From an uncultured Nitrospiraceae bacterium (GTDB lineage: Bacteria > Nitrospirota > Nitrospiria > Nitrospirales > Nitrospiraceae), in NCBI GenBank assembly GCA_963730935.1, contig CAVSTP010000004.1:288001-352000 (forward strand): 64,000 nt of DNA, in the 5' to 3' direction. Below the pieces are notes generated by a model that made no database searches, was not told where the DNA came from, and saw only the letters and a program-made list of their open reading frames with translations. Shown here in pieces: positions 21,187 to 32,843 of this stretch (the first letter of the stretch is position 1; each line of letters begins with the position of its first letter). The translations under genes were made by a program, and so were the position numbers.

Positions 21187-21831
21187 GTGATTCTGCTCAT
21201 TGCCTTGGTCCTCACGGGCGAGGGAAGGAGCGGAGAACTGGGCGGCTCCAGTGCGCTTAGGCATCTGAGCCTCGATGAACTCGACAGTATCCTTCCTCCC
21301 GGCACCGCAGTCCTGACACGTCCGACCTCGATCGATGAATTTCTGACCGAATTAGACGGGGAGCCGCCGGACTGGAGTGCCGTATATGGTCATGGGCATC
21401 ACGATCCAGGACACGACGACCGGCTGTTTGCTCTCAATCGCGAACGGGATGCGAAACGCGAAGGGAAGCCGGCGTTATTGAAACAGGTTGCGTTTATATG
21501 GACCGGCGCGTTGTCTCGATACGATCCTGTGATCGGCGGATTTCCGGTGGCCCTTGGACCGAATTTCACCAAGACCAGGTGGGGAATGGTCCGGTTCAAG
21601 CCGGAAGAGACTCCTGGAAATCTCAGTGTCGCCACCGACACCTCTCAACAGATTCACCTTGAACGTCTGCTAGCACAAGGTCAGCTAGTGGAAATTGATG
21701 TCGTCATGACCGGAAGGCTCATTCCCGAAGAGTCCATCGTCTATGATTTCTCACATGACGAGGAGGGGCTTGGACTGATCATGCCGTTCGTGCGGGTCGA
21801 GCAGGTGGATTGCATCATGTTTAAACCATGA
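21187..21831 (+). CDS. Hypothetical exported protein (start uncertain)
   Basis: Hydrophobic N-terminus; HGHHDPGHDD His cluster. Confidence 0.65.
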   Translation: MILLIALVLTGEGRSGELGGSSALRHLSLDELDSILPPGTAVLTRPTSIDEFLTELDGEPPDWSAVYGHGHHDPGHDDRLFALNRERDAKREGKPALLKQVAFIWTGALSRYDPVIGGFPVALGPNFTKTRWGMVRFKPEETPGNLSVATDTSQQIHLERLLAQGQLVEIDVVMTGRLIPEESIVYDFSHDEEGLGLIMPFVRVEQVDCIMFKP

Positions 21832-21838
21832 CAGCGAA

Positions 21839-22783
21839 CTAGTAGGCGTCTTGCGCGCAGCGGAAACCCGTGCCGCTGGGGCGGCTGTCGATGGTGCCCC
21901 AATCGCGGTCGCTCGTCCGCAGACTTGCCGCCGGCTTCAGCCAAGAGCCTCCGCGCATCGACTTGATCGCGCCCCGAGGTGGGCCCGTTGGGTTCGTGAG
22001 CGGCCCGGAAGGATAATAGTTGGGATCGTACCAATCTTGTACCCACTCGGCCACATTCCCGGCCATGTCGAAGAGCCCATAGGCGCTTACCGAGCCAGGG
22101 AAACTGCCGACCGGCATCGTCAGTACCTCTCCGTTGAGGCCCTTCTGTTTGGCGATGTGGGCTCCCTCGCCCTTGATCCAAAACGCTTCCCAGTCCGCCC
22201 CGCTGTCGAATTGGACCGTGCGGCCGGCCCAATAACTGGCGCTGTTGGCCAAGAACAGATCCCATTGGTCGCCCCATGGATACCGGCGCCCATCCGTTCC
22301 TCTGGCCGCCTTTTCCCATTCGGCTTCTGTTGGAAGCCGCTTGCCGGCCCAACGGCAATAGGCGTCAGCATCGGCCCAGCTGACATTCACGACGGGATGC
22401 CGTTCGATGCCCGGCATCGGTCTCCGATCCTCCCAGAGCGTCGCCGCGGGATTGGAGTTTTCCGGCATCCGGTGGCCGGTCATGGAGACGAAGAGGAGAT
22501 AGGCCTCGTTGGTGACTTCGAAGCGGTCGATGTAGAAGGCCGAGAGCAGCACGGATCGCTCCGGTTGCTCGTCTGGAAGACCGCCGCTCCCCGCTGCAGC
22601 GCCCATCCGGAATTCGCCAGCGGGCACGCGGACCATGTCGTCTGGTTTTTCGGAAGCGAGGGCCATATCAACTGGGCTTACGGTAAGAGCACAGAAGAGG
22701 AGAACGCGTGCAACGAGGCTGGACAATGTCACCGCTTGCGGATGCCGCAGGCGCGCGCGACTCCATCGCGGTAGGCAGTCCAC
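21839..22783 (-). CDS. Formylglycine-generating enzyme (SUMF1/EgtB-fold) family protein
   Basis: VPAGEFRMG, FEVTN, RLPTEAEWEKAARG, DMAGNVAEW, RGGSW, GFRC; catalytic Cys pair after RGGS absent. Confidence 0.92.
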   Translation of the reverse strand: MDCLPRWSRARLRHPQAVTLSSLVARVLLFCALTVSPVDMALASEKPDDMVRVPAGEFRMGAAAGSGGLPDEQPERSVLLSAFYIDRFEVTNEAYLLFVSMTGHRMPENSNPAATLWEDRRPMPGIERHPVVNVSWADADAYCRWAGKRLPTEAEWEKAARGTDGRRYPWGDQWDLFLANSASYWAGRTVQFDSGADWEAFWIKGEGAHIAKQKGLNGEVLTMPVGSFPGSVSAYGLFDMAGNVAEWVQDWYDPNYYPSGPLTNPTGPPRGAIKSMRGGSWLKPAASLRTSDRDWGTIDSRPSGTGFRCAQDAY

Positions 22784-23478
22784 AGTTTGAGCGCCCTGTT
22801 CAGATACCGTAGGATTGTCTCCTGTTGACTGAGCGTCTTGGCATGATTGACGACCATGTGATAGGCGTCATGGCGATGACCCGCTTCCACCATCTGGTGG
22901 GAGCGGATGAGGTCCATGGCATCCGGTGGAAGACCATAATGCCTGACCAGTGGATGTTGCTGGACGATCGACTCAATCTCTTCCGGTGTTCTTGGCTTCG
23001 ACGGTTCGGCCAACTCCTTACGGTCCTTGATGCTGCCTTCGACGAAAACGGTCATGACGGCGGCTCCCACAATCCAATCCCGGTGGTTTGACGCACGTTC
23101 GAGCCACGCACGGTACCGGCGCGCGCCAGGAAGGAGCCTCACATCCTCGAACGTCCGCGGCGGATAACCGAGTCCTCCCATCATTTGCAGAAACAGTTCC
23201 GGGTGCGACCTGCCCAAGGACAAACCACCGGTGTCTTCCTCATAGATGTTCTCTGCGAGCATGCGCCGCACCGACGGCGGAGGATTGCGGCCGTGAATCC
23301 GGGCCAACAACACCGGAAAGTCCCGCACATATACAGCATATTCCTGCTGAAAATGTTGTTTCAACTGAGAGACCGTCGCCGTTCCGTCGGAAAACGTCGG
23401 CCATGCCCAATGATGTTTGCAATCCATGACGCGCAACAGCTCTTCCTGAAATCGGTTTGTCGTCAAAGGTCGTGTCAT
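22729..23478 (-). CDS. Heme-oxygenase-like (PqqC/CADD/TenA) enzyme
   Basis: ENIYEEDTG..SHPELF, VEGS, HQMVEAGH metal-ligand pattern. Confidence 0.8.
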   Translation of the reverse strand: MTRPLTTNRFQEELLRVMDCKHHWAWPTFSDGTATVSQLKQHFQQEYAVYVRDFPVLLARIHGRNPPPSVRRMLAENIYEEDTGGLSLGRSHPELFLQMMGGLGYPPRTFEDVRLLPGARRYRAWLERASNHRDWIVGAAVMTVFVEGSIKDRKELAEPSKPRTPEEIESIVQQHPLVRHYGLPPDAMDLIRSHQMVEAGHRHDAYHMVVNHAKTLSQQETILRYLNRALKLWTAYRDGVARACGIRKR

Positions 23479-23530
23479 GCGGGTTGCCTTCCTCATTGAG
23501 CCCTCGTTACAATCCCTAGTAGAGGTGTGG

Positions 23531-23815
23531 ATGCAGCAGGTAACCGTTCAAAATCCAGAGGACATTCTCTCGCTTCTCGCAGAAGTCGCACTCCGCGGCT
23601 CCGGTTTCGTTACTGAATGCCTGCTCGACTACGTATTGGACGAGGGATTTACCGAGCCGATTTACTTGAACGCCAGCGGTGAAGATCCGGATGCCTACTT
23701 TAAGGGACAATCACCGGCCTGGGCGGTGTATCAGGTCCGCGAATGGAAGCGTGTGCTGACCATCTCCGGAGGCCCTGGCAAACAACGGCGCGTCCAGATT
23801 ACTGAGACGCCGTAG
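23531..23815 (+). CDS. Hypothetical protein
   Basis: GAGGT RBS; divergent from the HDO gene. Confidence 0.7.
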   Translation: MQQVTVQNPEDILSLLAEVALRGSGFVTECLLDYVLDEGFTEPIYLNASGEDPDAYFKGQSPAWAVYQVREWKRVLTISGGPGKQRRVQITETP

Positions 23816-23907
23816 CCTCTCGGTGAGTGTAGGGGGATTAGGCTGAAAAAGCAACGAAACGGCGAGATGTCCATCATGCAGGAACAACGCACGAAGGATG
23901 AAATGAT

Positions 23908-24150
23908 ATGAATCTCGTTCGTCTAGCCGAGCCATACAACGTTGGAGAACTGATTCTACTGCAGAGTCTGCTAGAAGGCAGCGGGATCGCGTACCTGATC
24001 CGCCATGCCAATATCAGCAGTCTGTATCCGGGTCTGCCCGGTCTCACTTCTCATGTGATGGTTGAGGAGCGGGATTATCCACGCGCCGAAAAGATTCTTC
24101 AGCGCTTGAGACTTGACGTGCGAGAGGTGCCCGGTGAAATGGGTGGATGA
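23908..24150 (+). CDS. DUF2007 (putative signal-transducing) protein
   Basis: LLQSLLEGSGIAY...VMVEERDYPRAEKIL. Confidence 0.78.
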   Translation: MNLVRLAEPYNVGELILLQSLLEGSGIAYLIRHANISSLYPGLPGLTSHVMVEERDYPRAEKILQRLRLDVREVPGEMGG

Positions 24151-24151
24151 A

Positions 24152-24592
24152 TCATCCGCTCTGCTTGGGTATGTGCGGGTTAGAAGGTGATTGTGTCGGC
24201 AGCCTCTCGCCGGAGCCTTGAAACCATCCGCCGATCAACATACCTTCCTCGAAATACAGATAGCGGTGCTTAACGATCGCCGCGCTTTCCCAGTCCTCGA
24301 AGATCCATTCTTCCTGCCGAATGCCGTCCTTCGTGAAGTTGGTGTGGATGGTTTGCGGCCCTCCCCATGCTTGCAGGACCTGTTCTTTTGACATCCCCAC
24401 CATCACGCGATGTTCCGCGATGTGCTTTTCGAAACTGGGGTCACGTAGCTTCGCGACCAACGGCATGATGATCATGAACACCGCAAAAAGGGCCAATCCC
24501 GCATAGATGGTCAGGCGGACGGACTTCCTGCGAATGAACGACTCGGGTTCGTGATTAACCGCAGAGGAGGCGATGGGTTCGAGCGATTTCAT
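24152..24592 (-). CDS. Membrane-anchored SmpA/OmlA-like protein
   Basis: TM segment then VMVGMSKEQVLQAWGGP...EEWIF...YLYFEEG. Confidence 0.65.
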   Translation of the reverse strand: MKSLEPIASSAVNHEPESFIRRKSVRLTIYAGLALFAVFMIIMPLVAKLRDPSFEKHIAEHRVMVGMSKEQVLQAWGGPQTIHTNFTKDGIRQEEWIFEDWESAAIVKHRYLYFEEGMLIGGWFQGSGERLPTQSPSNPHIPKQSG

Positions 24593-24702
24593 AGGACTGT
24601 CTCGTGCGCATGGTAACAATCGGTCCCTCCGGGCGTCAAGGAACGCGGGCCAAATTAATTTAGTATTATCAACAACATCCGGGATGGAGCTATACTTATC
24701 GT

Positions 24703-25221
24703 ATGACTCTTCCTCTGGTCTGGCGTGGCGCAATTGTCGCTCTGCTGGTGATCCTCACGAATTGGATCTCATGGTCAGGCGTGGACGCAAAACCTCTCTA
24801 CTCCTATGCGGATGAGAAGGGCACGAGGATCATTACGGACGACTACAATAAGATTCCTCCTTCCTATCGAGCGAAAGTCACGACCGTGGAACAGGAAACA
24901 GACGGATATGTCGGGGATATCGAGCGGGTGGGTGACCTGGTTGGATCCGCGAAGGGATTCGTCGTTCCGGTGCCCGGCATGTCGCTTCAGCAATCCAAAA
25001 TCATTACGTATGCCTCGCTGTTCGGGTTGCTCTGTTTGGTCGCTATGAATCTCAGCCGCAGCGAAGCCATCCGAGCGCTCGCACTCTGGTGTCTCGTCCT
25101 CATCGGCATTTGTGCGCCGGTGCTCGTGTACATCGCCGACGACGGCGCCGCGGCCGTCATGAAAAACAAAGCCGCCGAAATCCAACAGAAGCAGCAAGAC
25201 CGCCTATCGCACGCCCAATAA
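24703..25221 (+). CDS. DUF4124-like domain membrane protein
   Basis: Signal peptide, LYSYADEKG...TDD..IPPSYR, two C-terminal TMs. Confidence 0.7.
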   Translation: MTLPLVWRGAIVALLVILTNWISWSGVDAKPLYSYADEKGTRIITDDYNKIPPSYRAKVTTVEQETDGYVGDIERVGDLVGSAKGFVVPVPGMSLQQSKIITYASLFGLLCLVAMNLSRSEAIRALALWCLVLIGICAPVLVYIADDGAAAVMKNKAAEIQQKQQDRLSHAQ

Positions 25222-25257
25222 GCGGCGTCGTCCACTCCGACCACAATCAATCGCGCA

Positions 25258-26199
25258 TCAGTCGGCGTATTTCGGGACGGGAACCTTCTTGGCCGCTTGG
25301 GAGGGCCGAGGAGCCGTCTGTTGCTGGGAGAATTCTGGTGAGTAGGGGTTCATCATGGCTTCGTGAGTGTGCTTCTGGCGGCGTTTCACGAGGTCCACGC
25401 TTTGCGTGCTGATCTCCATCCGGTCAACGGGAGATTTGACCGTGAGCGGATCCGGCAGTCCCTGCAACGAGAACAACTGGTAGGCGAGCGTCCAATCGAG
25501 TGAATCTTTGCTGGCTTCTTTGACGATGAATCGAGCCTGAGGCGACGGAGGGCCCTTGAAGAGAAGCACCCAAATGTTCGAGCGGAACGCGGGCGAAGCG
25601 GCATCTGTCGGCGGCTTGAATTCAGGTACAAGCGAAGGGACTTGGCTGATCGGAACTGCCGGAGAAAATTCGATGTCGACTAGGCGGACATATAACGTCC
25701 GATTCTCATTCTGGTCATTCGGATCGACGGCATAACTAAACGAATAACGCACCTCGATCCCATCGCGCTTGAACGTATAAACATCTTCTCCGTTCTCCGG
25801 CGACACGAGCTTCCTGAAATATTTGTCCCAATCGGTGATCGCATAATAGGTAAAGACGCGGAGCGCCGATTTGCGATCGCGCACAGCCTGCGGCATGCCC
25901 ATCTTGTCGTGCAATTCTTTTTGTGTCAGGCCCAGGAATCCATCTTCGAAGTAAGGTGCGGCAGGGACCGAAAAGGGAAGTAGAAATAGGATGCCGGCGG
26001 CGCAGAGCCCTTTAAAGGTCGAGCGTTGGAAGTGATTTCGCTGCAGCAAGAGCTTCTCTCCGGCCGTGGCGCCATCGTATCGGCAGCCCTCGCTGCTGTC
26101 AAGACAGCGTGGATTGGTTGCCGGTTGGCGGATGAACCAGTATGATGGCACGATTCGGGTTTCACACAGGACGGTGAGGACGGAATGCAGATCGATCAA
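25258..26199 (-). CDS. Hypothetical exported protein (true start probably near 26030-26050)
   Basis: Long ORF with internal signal-peptide-like stretch; protein-like composition downstream. Confidence 0.7.
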   Translation of the reverse strand: MIDLHSVLTVLCETRIVPSYWFIRQPATNPRCLDSSEGCRYDGATAGEKLLLQRNHFQRSTFKGLCAAGILFLLPFSVPAAPYFEDGFLGLTQKELHDKMGMPQAVRDRKSALRVFTYYAITDWDKYFRKLVSPENGEDVYTFKRDGIEVRYSFSYAVDPNDQNENRTLYVRLVDIEFSPAVPISQVPSLVPEFKPPTDAASPAFRSNIWVLLFKGPPSPQARFIVKEASKDSLDWTLAYQLFSLQGLPDPLTVKSPVDRMEISTQSVDLVKRRQKHTHEAMMNPYSPEFSQQQTAPRPSQAAKKVPVPKYAD

Positions 26200-29100
26200 C
26201 TACTTCAGGAACGCATCGTCATCCTTGATGGCGCCATGGGTACCATGATTCAGCAGAGGCGGCTGGACGAGGCCGCGTTCAGAGGCGAGCGGTTCCGGGA
26301 TTGGCGGAAAGATCTCAAGGGCCACAACGATCTCCTGAATCTCACTCAACCCGCCATCATCGAGGAGATCCATCGTGAGTATCTGGAGGCCGGCGCCGAT
26401 ATCATCGAGACGAACACGTTCAATTCCCAGGCGATATCGCTCGCTGACTACCAGATGCACAGTCTGGGCTACGAGCTCTCGAAAGCCGGCGCTGAATGTG
26501 CCCGGCGTGCCGTCGAGGCAGTCCGGGCCGCCCAGCCGGAACGCCGGTGTTTCGTGGCGGGCGCCATCGGTCCGACGACCAAAACCTCGTCGATCTCGAC
26601 GGATGTGAACAATCCCGGCGCCCGTGGAACGAACTACGACGAATTGGTCGCAGCGTATACCGACCAGGCACGGGGCCTGTTAGACGGCGGCGCCGACCTG
26701 CTGCTCGTGGAAACCATTTTCGACACGCTCAACGCCAAGGCAGCGTTCTTTGCCATCCAACAGCTGTTTGCCTCTGGCGCGCGACGCGTACCCATCATGG
26801 CCTCCGTGACGTTCATTCAAGCCGGCAGTAACCGCGGGGTCACGGGACAGACCGTCGAAGCCTTCTGGAATTCAATCTCGCACGTCCCGCTGCTCAGCGT
26901 CGGCATGAATTGCGCTCTCGGCCCGAAAGAAATGCGGCCGCTCATTGAAGAGCTGTCGGGGATCGCGCCGGTCTATGTGAGCGCGCATCCGAACGCCGGG
27001 TTGCCGAATCCGCTGCTGCCGACGGGTTTCCCGGAAACTCCGGACACCTTGGCTCCACAACTCCGTGAGTGGGCCCAGAACGGCTGGCTCAACATCCTCG
27101 GCGGATGCTGTGGCACCACGCCGGCGCACATCAAGAGTCTGGCCGAGGCGGTTCGAGACATAGGGCCGCGGAGGATTCCGGCCGTGGAACCTTATACCCG
27201 GCTGAGCGGGCTCGAGGCGGTCACGATTCGTCCCGATGCCAATTTCGTGAACATCGGTGAGCGGACCAATGTAACCGGTTCGCCGGCATTTGCGAAGCTC
27301 ATCCTGCAGGGCAAGTATGACGACGCCCTGTCGGTGGCGCGGCAACAAGTAGAAGGCGGAGCCCAGATCATCGACATCAACATGGATGAGGGCATGTTGG
27401 ATTCGAAGGCTGCGATGGAGAAATTCCTTCGCCTCGTCGCCGCCGAACCGGATATCTGCAAGGTCCCTATCATGGTCGACAGCTCCAAATGGGAGGTGCT
27501 GGAGACAGGGCTCAAGAACATCCAAGGCAAGGCGGTCGTCAACAGCATCAGCTTGAAGGAAGGCGAGGGTAAGTTCATCGAGCAGGCCACCTTGGTTCGG
27601 CGGTATGGGGCGGCCGTGGTCGTGATGGCGTTCGACGAAAAAGGCCAGGCCGACAACCTCGAGCGCAAGAAGGAAATTTGCGCCAGATCGTACAAGATTC
27701 TCACGGAACAGGTCGGCTTCAGTCCGACCGATATCATTTTTGATCCCAACATCCTGACGGTGGCGACCGGGATGGAGGAGCACAACGATTATGCACTGAA
27801 TTTTATCGAGGCGACGAGGTGGATCAAGCAACACTTGCCGGGCGCCAAGGTCAGCGGCGGCATCAGCAACATTTCGTTCTCGTTCCGCGGCAACAACGTC
27901 GTGCGCGAAGCGATGCACTCGGCCTTCCTCTATCATGCCATCAGGGCCGGTCTCGACATGGGTATCGTGAATGCCGGCCAACTGGCCGTCTATGAAGAGA
28001 TCCCAAAGGACTTGCTTGAGCTCGTGGAGGATGTGCTGCTGAACCGCCGTCCGGATTCAACAGAACGTCTGGTGGCCTTCGCAGAAACCGTCAAACGTCA
28101 GGACAAGACCGTCATCAAGGACGATGAATGGCGCAAGGGGACCGTCGAAGAACGGCTATCGCACGCCTTGGTCAGAGGTATCACGGACTACATTGACCAA
28201 GACACGGAAGAGGCACGGCTAAAGTATCCGAAGCCGCTCAGGGTGATCGAAGGTCCCCTTATGGCAGGGATGAACATCGTGGGCGATCTGTTCGGATCGG
28301 GCAAGATGTTTCTGCCGCAGGTCGTGAAAAGCGCCCGTGTGATGAAGAAGGCCGTCGCCTATTTGCTGCCGTTCATGGAAGAAGAAAAGAAACGGCTGGG
28401 CGGGTACCAATCACAAGGCAGGGTCGTTCTCGCCACCGTGAAGGGAGACGTTCACGACATCGGGAAGAACATCGTCGGCGTCGTCCTCGGCTGCAACAAC
28501 TATGAGGTCATCGATCTGGGCGTGATGGTGCCGTGTGAGCACATTCTGGCCGCTGCCCGCGACCAGAAGGCGGACATCGTCGGCTTGAGCGGGCTCATTA
28601 CGCCGTCGCTCGACGAAATGGTGCATGTGGCCAAGGAGATGACGCGCGAAGGATTCGACGTCCCCCTCCTGATCGGCGGGGCGACGACCAGTAAAGCACA
28701 TACGGCCGTCAAGATCGCGCCGTCCTATGCGCCATCTGTCATCCATGTGCTGGACGCCTCACGCGCCGTCGGGGTGGTCGGCAACCTCATGAATCGAGAG
28801 CAGAAGGGCGCCTTCGTGCAGGGGATACGGGATGACTACGATCGTGTCCGGCAGGCGCATCAGGATCGGGAAGCCAGACCGGTGCTTCCCCTGGCGGAAG
28901 CCCGTGCCCGCCAGTTGGTTTCCGACTGGAGGGCTCTCGAGATTCCTGAGCCAGAAGGACTTGGGACTCACGTGATCGCCGATCAGCCGCTCGCCGACCT
29001 GCTGCCCTACATCGATTGGTCTCCGTTTTTCCACACGTGGGAATTGAAAGGGCGCTATCCGACAATTTTTGAACACCCGACAATCGGTGCGAAGGCGAAG

Positions 29101-29862
29101 GAGCTTTTTGCCGATGCTCAGCAGCTGCTCGCCCGGATCGTCGAGGAGAAGTTGTTGACCGCAAAAGGGGTCTATGGGTTCTTCGCCGCCTGCAGCATCG
29201 GTGACGACATCGAAGTGTATGCGGATGCTTCGAGAAAGGCCCCTCTGGCGACCATTCATACGTTGCGGCAGCAGGGAGAAAAACCCCAAGGCCAGCCCAA
29301 TCTTGCGCTGGCCGATTACGTCGCGCCTCAATCGTCCGGACGAACGGACCATGTCGGGGCCTTTGCCGTCACCACGGGTATCCGGTTGGATGAGCTTTGC
29401 CGCCACTTCGATCAGGATCACGACGATTACAATTCGATCATGGCCAAGGCGCTGGCAGACCGTTTGGCCGAGGCGTTCGCCGAATACCTCCACAAACGAG
29501 TCCGGGAGGAATGGAGGTACGGCAGGCTGGAGCAGTTGACTAACGAGGATCTGATCCGGGAAAAGTATCGGGGGATTCGCCCTGCGCCGGGATATCCGGC
29601 TTGTCCGGACCATACCGAAAAGCGGACGCTGTTCGACCTGTTACAGGTTGAACGGCATACGGGTATTGTCCTGACCGAGAGTTTCGCGATGCTGCCGGCC
29701 GCCGCCGTGAGCGGATGGTATTTTGCACATCCAGAGGCAAAGTATTTTGCCGTGGGAAAGATCGGCAGGGATCAAGTGGAAGACTATGCCCACCGGAAGG
29801 GAATGGACCTTCGAACGATCGAACGCTGGCTTTCGCCCAACCTGAACTACGAGCCCCGGTGA
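26185..29862 (+). CDS. metH: Cobalamin-dependent methionine synthase
   Basis: [44 protein letters not shown]. Confidence 0.98.
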   Translation: MQIDQLLQERIVILDGAMGTMIQQRRLDEAAFRGERFRDWRKDLKGHNDLLNLTQPAIIEEIHREYLEAGADIIETNTFNSQAISLADYQMHSLGYELSKAGAECARRAVEAVRAAQPERRCFVAGAIGPTTKTSSISTDVNNPGARGTNYDELVAAYTDQARGLLDGGADLLLVETIFDTLNAKAAFFAIQQLFASGARRVPIMASVTFIQAGSNRGVTGQTVEAFWNSISHVPLLSVGMNCALGPKEMRPLIEELSGIAPVYVSAHPNAGLPNPLLPTGFPETPDTLAPQLREWAQNGWLNILGGCCGTTPAHIKSLAEAVRDIGPRRIPAVEPYTRLSGLEAVTIRPDANFVNIGERTNVTGSPAFAKLILQGKYDDALSVARQQVEGGAQIIDINMDEGMLDSKAAMEKFLRLVAAEPDICKVPIMVDSSKWEVLETGLKNIQGKAVVNSISLKEGEGKFIEQATLVRRYGAAVVVMAFDEKGQADNLERKKEICARSYKILTEQVGFSPTDIIFDPNILTVATGMEEHNDYALNFIEATRWIKQHLPGAKVSGGISNISFSFRGNNVVREAMHSAFLYHAIRAGLDMGIVNAGQLAVYEEIPKDLLELVEDVLLNRRPDSTERLVAFAETVKRQDKTVIKDDEWRKGTVEERLSHALVRGITDYIDQDTEEARLKYPKPLRVIEGPLMAGMNIVGDLFGSGKMFLPQVVKSARVMKKAVAYLLPFMEEEKKRLGGYQSQGRVVLATVKGDVHDIGKNIVGVVLGCNNYEVIDLGVMVPCEHILAAARDQKADIVGLSGLITPSLDEMVHVAKEMTREGFDVPLLIGGATTSKAHTAVKIAPSYAPSVIHVLDASRAVGVVGNLMNREQKGAFVQGIRDDYDRVRQAHQDREARPVLPLAEARARQLVSDWRALEIPEPEGLGTHVIADQPLADLLPYIDWSPFFHTWELKGRYPTIFEHPTIGAKAKELFADAQQLLARIVEEKLLTAKGVYGFFAACSIGDDIEVYADASRKAPLATIHTLRQQGEKPQGQPNLALADYVAPQSSGRTDHVGAFAVTTGIRLDELCRHFDQDHDDYNSIMAKALADRLAEAFAEYLHKRVREEWRYGRLEQLTNEDLIREKYRGIRPAPGYPACPDHTEKRTLFDLLQVERHTGIVLTESFAMLPAAAVSGWYFAHPEAKYFAVGKIGRDQVEDYAHRKGMDLRTIERWLSPNLNYEPR

Positions 29863-29869
29863 TGCGCTC

Positions 29870-30379
29870 TTAGGAAACTTCCGCCAGAAGTGGTTGGTTG
29901 ACCGGCTTTCCAATGGCCGCCGTCAGCGCCGATTTTAACAGTCGAAAACGGTCCTCCGCCCAGCGATTAAAGGTATCCGAGTCCTGGAAGACCAGATCCC
30001 AGGCTTTTGCGGCATCCAGCATTAAGAGTTGATGCGGTTGCCCTTCTGCAGGGAAATACACGACGATAACCGCGGACTTTCCAGTCAGGCTGATGTCGGT
30101 GAACACGTGCAGCATGGCGCCGTGTGGCAGGTTGACTTCGCGTGACGCCGCTTCGGCCAGCGGCTGGTACATGCGGTGAAGGAACTGCGATGTGACTTCA
30201 TACGCATTGTTGGTGCCGAGCAGACGCGGATTCGGGGATTCGCCGAAGAGATTTTCTGTGAGATACGTGGCAGCTTCCCAGGTCGGCATCACGCCGGACG
30301 TCACGAGGGCTTCGCACAGATAGGCGATCCAGTTTCTCGTAATTCCAGCTTTCTTCACGGACGCAGCTTTTTTGGCCAT
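29870..30379 (-). CDS. Hypothetical protein
   Basis: AAGGA RBS; protein-like composition. Confidence 0.7.
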   Translation of the reverse strand: MAKKAASVKKAGITRNWIAYLCEALVTSGVMPTWEAATYLTENLFGESPNPRLLGTNNAYEVTSQFLHRMYQPLAEAASREVNLPHGAMLHVFTDISLTGKSAVIVVYFPAEGQPHQLLMLDAAKAWDLVFQDSDTFNRWAEDRFRLLKSALTAAIGKPVNQPLLAEVS

Positions 30380-30526
30380 GATCGTGGTCCTTTCGATGCG
30401 AGCGCGACGGCCTTCCTGGTGAGAGACGCCCCTGTCGACTCATTGCAGTATAGCGACCGCCCGAGGACAGTCAACGAAATGCAACAAATGATGCGGCGTC
30501 TGTCGCGTGGAGCGCTGAGTGCAGGA

Positions 30527-31669
30527 CTACACTTGGCGGGGCAGGCCCGAACTTATGCGGTCGGCATACTGCTCGTGGATGCGCTTGATATCCCCAAGCG
30601 AGGCCAGGAAGACGTCGAGCAGCTCGGGATCGAAATGTTCTGCCCGATGCTTGCTCATCAAATCGACGGCGTGATTGAAGTCGAACGCCGGCTTGTACAC
30701 CCGTGCGGTTGTGAGGGCATCGAAGGCGTCCGCGATTGCGGCGATGCGGCCCTCGATCGGGATCGCTTCGCCTTTCAACTTACGAGGATAGCCGCTGCCG
30801 TCCCACCGCTCATGATGGGTGAGCGCAATAGTCGCGGCCACATTGAGAATTTCCGCATCTGATCCGGCCAGAATGCGGTATCCGATTTCCGCATGCTGGG
30901 CGATCACGTTGAATTCGTCTTGCGTGAATTTCCCCGGTTTCAGCAACACATGGTCCGGCGTGCCGATCTTGCCGATATCGTGCATAGGGCTGGCCGTCCG
31001 AATCAAATCGCAGCGCTCGCTCGAGAGCCCATAACGGCGGGCCAACAACTCACAGTAATGGCTCATCCGTTGAATGTGCTGAGCCGTGGCGCTGTCACGG
31101 TATTCCGCCGCAATCGCGAGCCGTTGAATCGTTTCTTCCCGGGAGAGTCGTAACTCCTTCTCACTCCGTTCAAGCCACTCCAACGCCTGCTGCAACGCCA
31201 TTGTTCTGGTTCGGACGACGTCTTCGAGGTTGTCACGGTGCAGGCGGCTTTCCATTTCGAGACGGCGGCGACGCAAGGCGTTGGCGACGTTGATGAGGAC
31301 TTCATTGGCTTCGAACGGCTTGATGATGTACCCGAAGGCGCCCATGTCGAGCGCCGCGTTGGCCAGCAGCGGGCTGTCGAGGCCGGTGACCATGATGGCG
31401 GCGGTATGGGGATGCTGCCGGAAGGTGTGGCGGACCAAGTCCATGCCAGATTCCCCTGGCATGTTTACATCGCACAGCACCAACGCAAATGGCGTTTCAT
31501 CGAGCCTCAGCCGGGCCTCCCTCGCATCTGCGGCAAGCACCACCTCATAGCCGTGCGATTGCAGCATATAGCCGAGCAGACGGCGGATCGGCTCTTCGTC
31601 ATCGACAATCAATACCCGTTTGAGTTCCAGGAGAGCTTGCTGGCTGGGGCGATCGAGCAGCAACGTCAT
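30527..31669 (-). CDS. Response regulator with HD-GYP phosphodiesterase domain (RpfG-like)
   Basis: REC (IVDDE, CDVNMP, KPF); HDIGKIG, HHERWDGSGYP. Confidence 0.95.
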   Translation of the reverse strand: MTLLLDRPSQQALLELKRVLIVDDEEPIRRLLGYMLQSHGYEVVLAADAREARLRLDETPFALVLCDVNMPGESGMDLVRHTFRQHPHTAAIMVTGLDSPLLANAALDMGAFGYIIKPFEANEVLINVANALRRRRLEMESRLHRDNLEDVVRTRTMALQQALEWLERSEKELRLSREETIQRLAIAAEYRDSATAQHIQRMSHYCELLARRYGLSSERCDLIRTASPMHDIGKIGTPDHVLLKPGKFTQDEFNVIAQHAEIGYRILAGSDAEILNVAATIALTHHERWDGSGYPRKLKGEAIPIEGRIAAIADAFDALTTARVYKPAFDFNHAVDLMSKHRAEHFDPELLDVFLASLGDIKRIHEQYADRISSGLPRQV

Positions 31670-31752
31670 AGGCGAAGACTCTATCGGTTCAATGAGGTTC
31701 GATGCGCGTTGTCGGTTTGGCTTCGATCGTCTTGGAAGACTCTAAAACGGGG

Positions 31753-31768
31753 TGCAGCTTTTATGCCA
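31753..31768 (-). promoter_or_regulatory. Sigma54 (-24/-12) promoter of the HD-GYP gene
   Basis: Minus strand TGGCATAAAAGCTGCA, GG-N10-GC, about 84 nt upstream of the ATG. Confidence 0.6.
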
Positions 31769-32079
31769 CTAATTAATGATTTTCTGCTGAGTTGCAGGGC
31801 CGTAAAAAGTGCAGTGACGGTCTATTCACTCGCGGCAATATTATCCATATCAGGAGATGGTTTTGGCGTCCGAAGTATTCGTGTGAACAGCCAAGTGAGT
31901 GCCTGCAACCGATGGTAGGCATCCTAGGGGACACTGTACAGAATTCGACCGTGTGCCACGAGATTGTACACCGATCGCATTCGGAGCCGTTACGTACAAT
32001 GCCGCGCGTCGCCGGCTCGTTTCATTGCGCTTTGGGAGGTGGTTCACTATAATGCCCCAATTTCTTTGGGAGAGATTTC

Positions 32080-32823
32080 ATGAATGCAGGAGCGGGGTTG
32101 CTACGCGCAGATGGTCGGCGAAAGGATCAACTTCGCCCCGTCAAAATCACGAGAAATTTCATTAAACATGCCGAGGGATCTGTGCTGATCGAAATGGGCG
32201 ATACGAAGGTGATCTGCACGGCGTCCGTCGAAGAAAAAGTGCCTCCCTTTCTCAAAGGCAAGGGCACGGGGTGGGTTACGGCGGAATATGCCATGTTGCC
32301 GCGGGCCACGCACGACCGGTCGCCGCGGGAAGCCGTCAAGGGTAAACAGGGCGGACGGACGTTGGAAATTCAACGCCTCGTGGGACGTTCACTACGAGCC
32401 GTCACCGATATGGCACAGATGGGAGAACGGTCCATCTGGATCGATTGCGACGTGATTCAGGCTGACGGCGGCACACGGACCGCTTCGATCACCGGGTCAT
32501 TCATCGCCCTTGCCGATGCCATGGCAATCTTGAAAACGCGCGGCCTCATTAAAAAGCGGCCGCTGACTGACTATCTCGCGGCGATCAGCGTCGGCAAGGT
32601 GGGCGGAGAAATCCTCGTAGACTTGGCCTATATCGAGGATTCGACAGCTGATGTGGATCTGAATCTGGTCATGACCGGGAAGGGGCAATTTGTCGAAATT
32701 CAGGGAACGGCGGAAAAGACCCCATTCTCCAAGCAGGACATGGACGGATTTCTCGCACAGGGGTGGGGGGCCATTCAAACACTGACCGCATTGCAGCGTG
32801 ATCTCATCGGGTCTTTGGACTAA
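32080..32823 (+). CDS. rph: Ribonuclease PH
   Basis: [45 protein letters not shown]. Confidence 0.97.
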   Translation: MNAGAGLLRADGRRKDQLRPVKITRNFIKHAEGSVLIEMGDTKVICTASVEEKVPPFLKGKGTGWVTAEYAMLPRATHDRSPREAVKGKQGGRTLEIQRLVGRSLRAVTDMAQMGERSIWIDCDVIQADGGTRTASITGSFIALADAMAILKTRGLIKKRPLTDYLAAISVGKVGGEILVDLAYIEDSTADVDLNLVMTGKGQFVEIQGTAEKTPFSKQDMDGFLAQGWGAIQTLTALQRDLIGSLD

Positions 32824-32843
32824 CCTCTCTCGGATCAGCCCCA

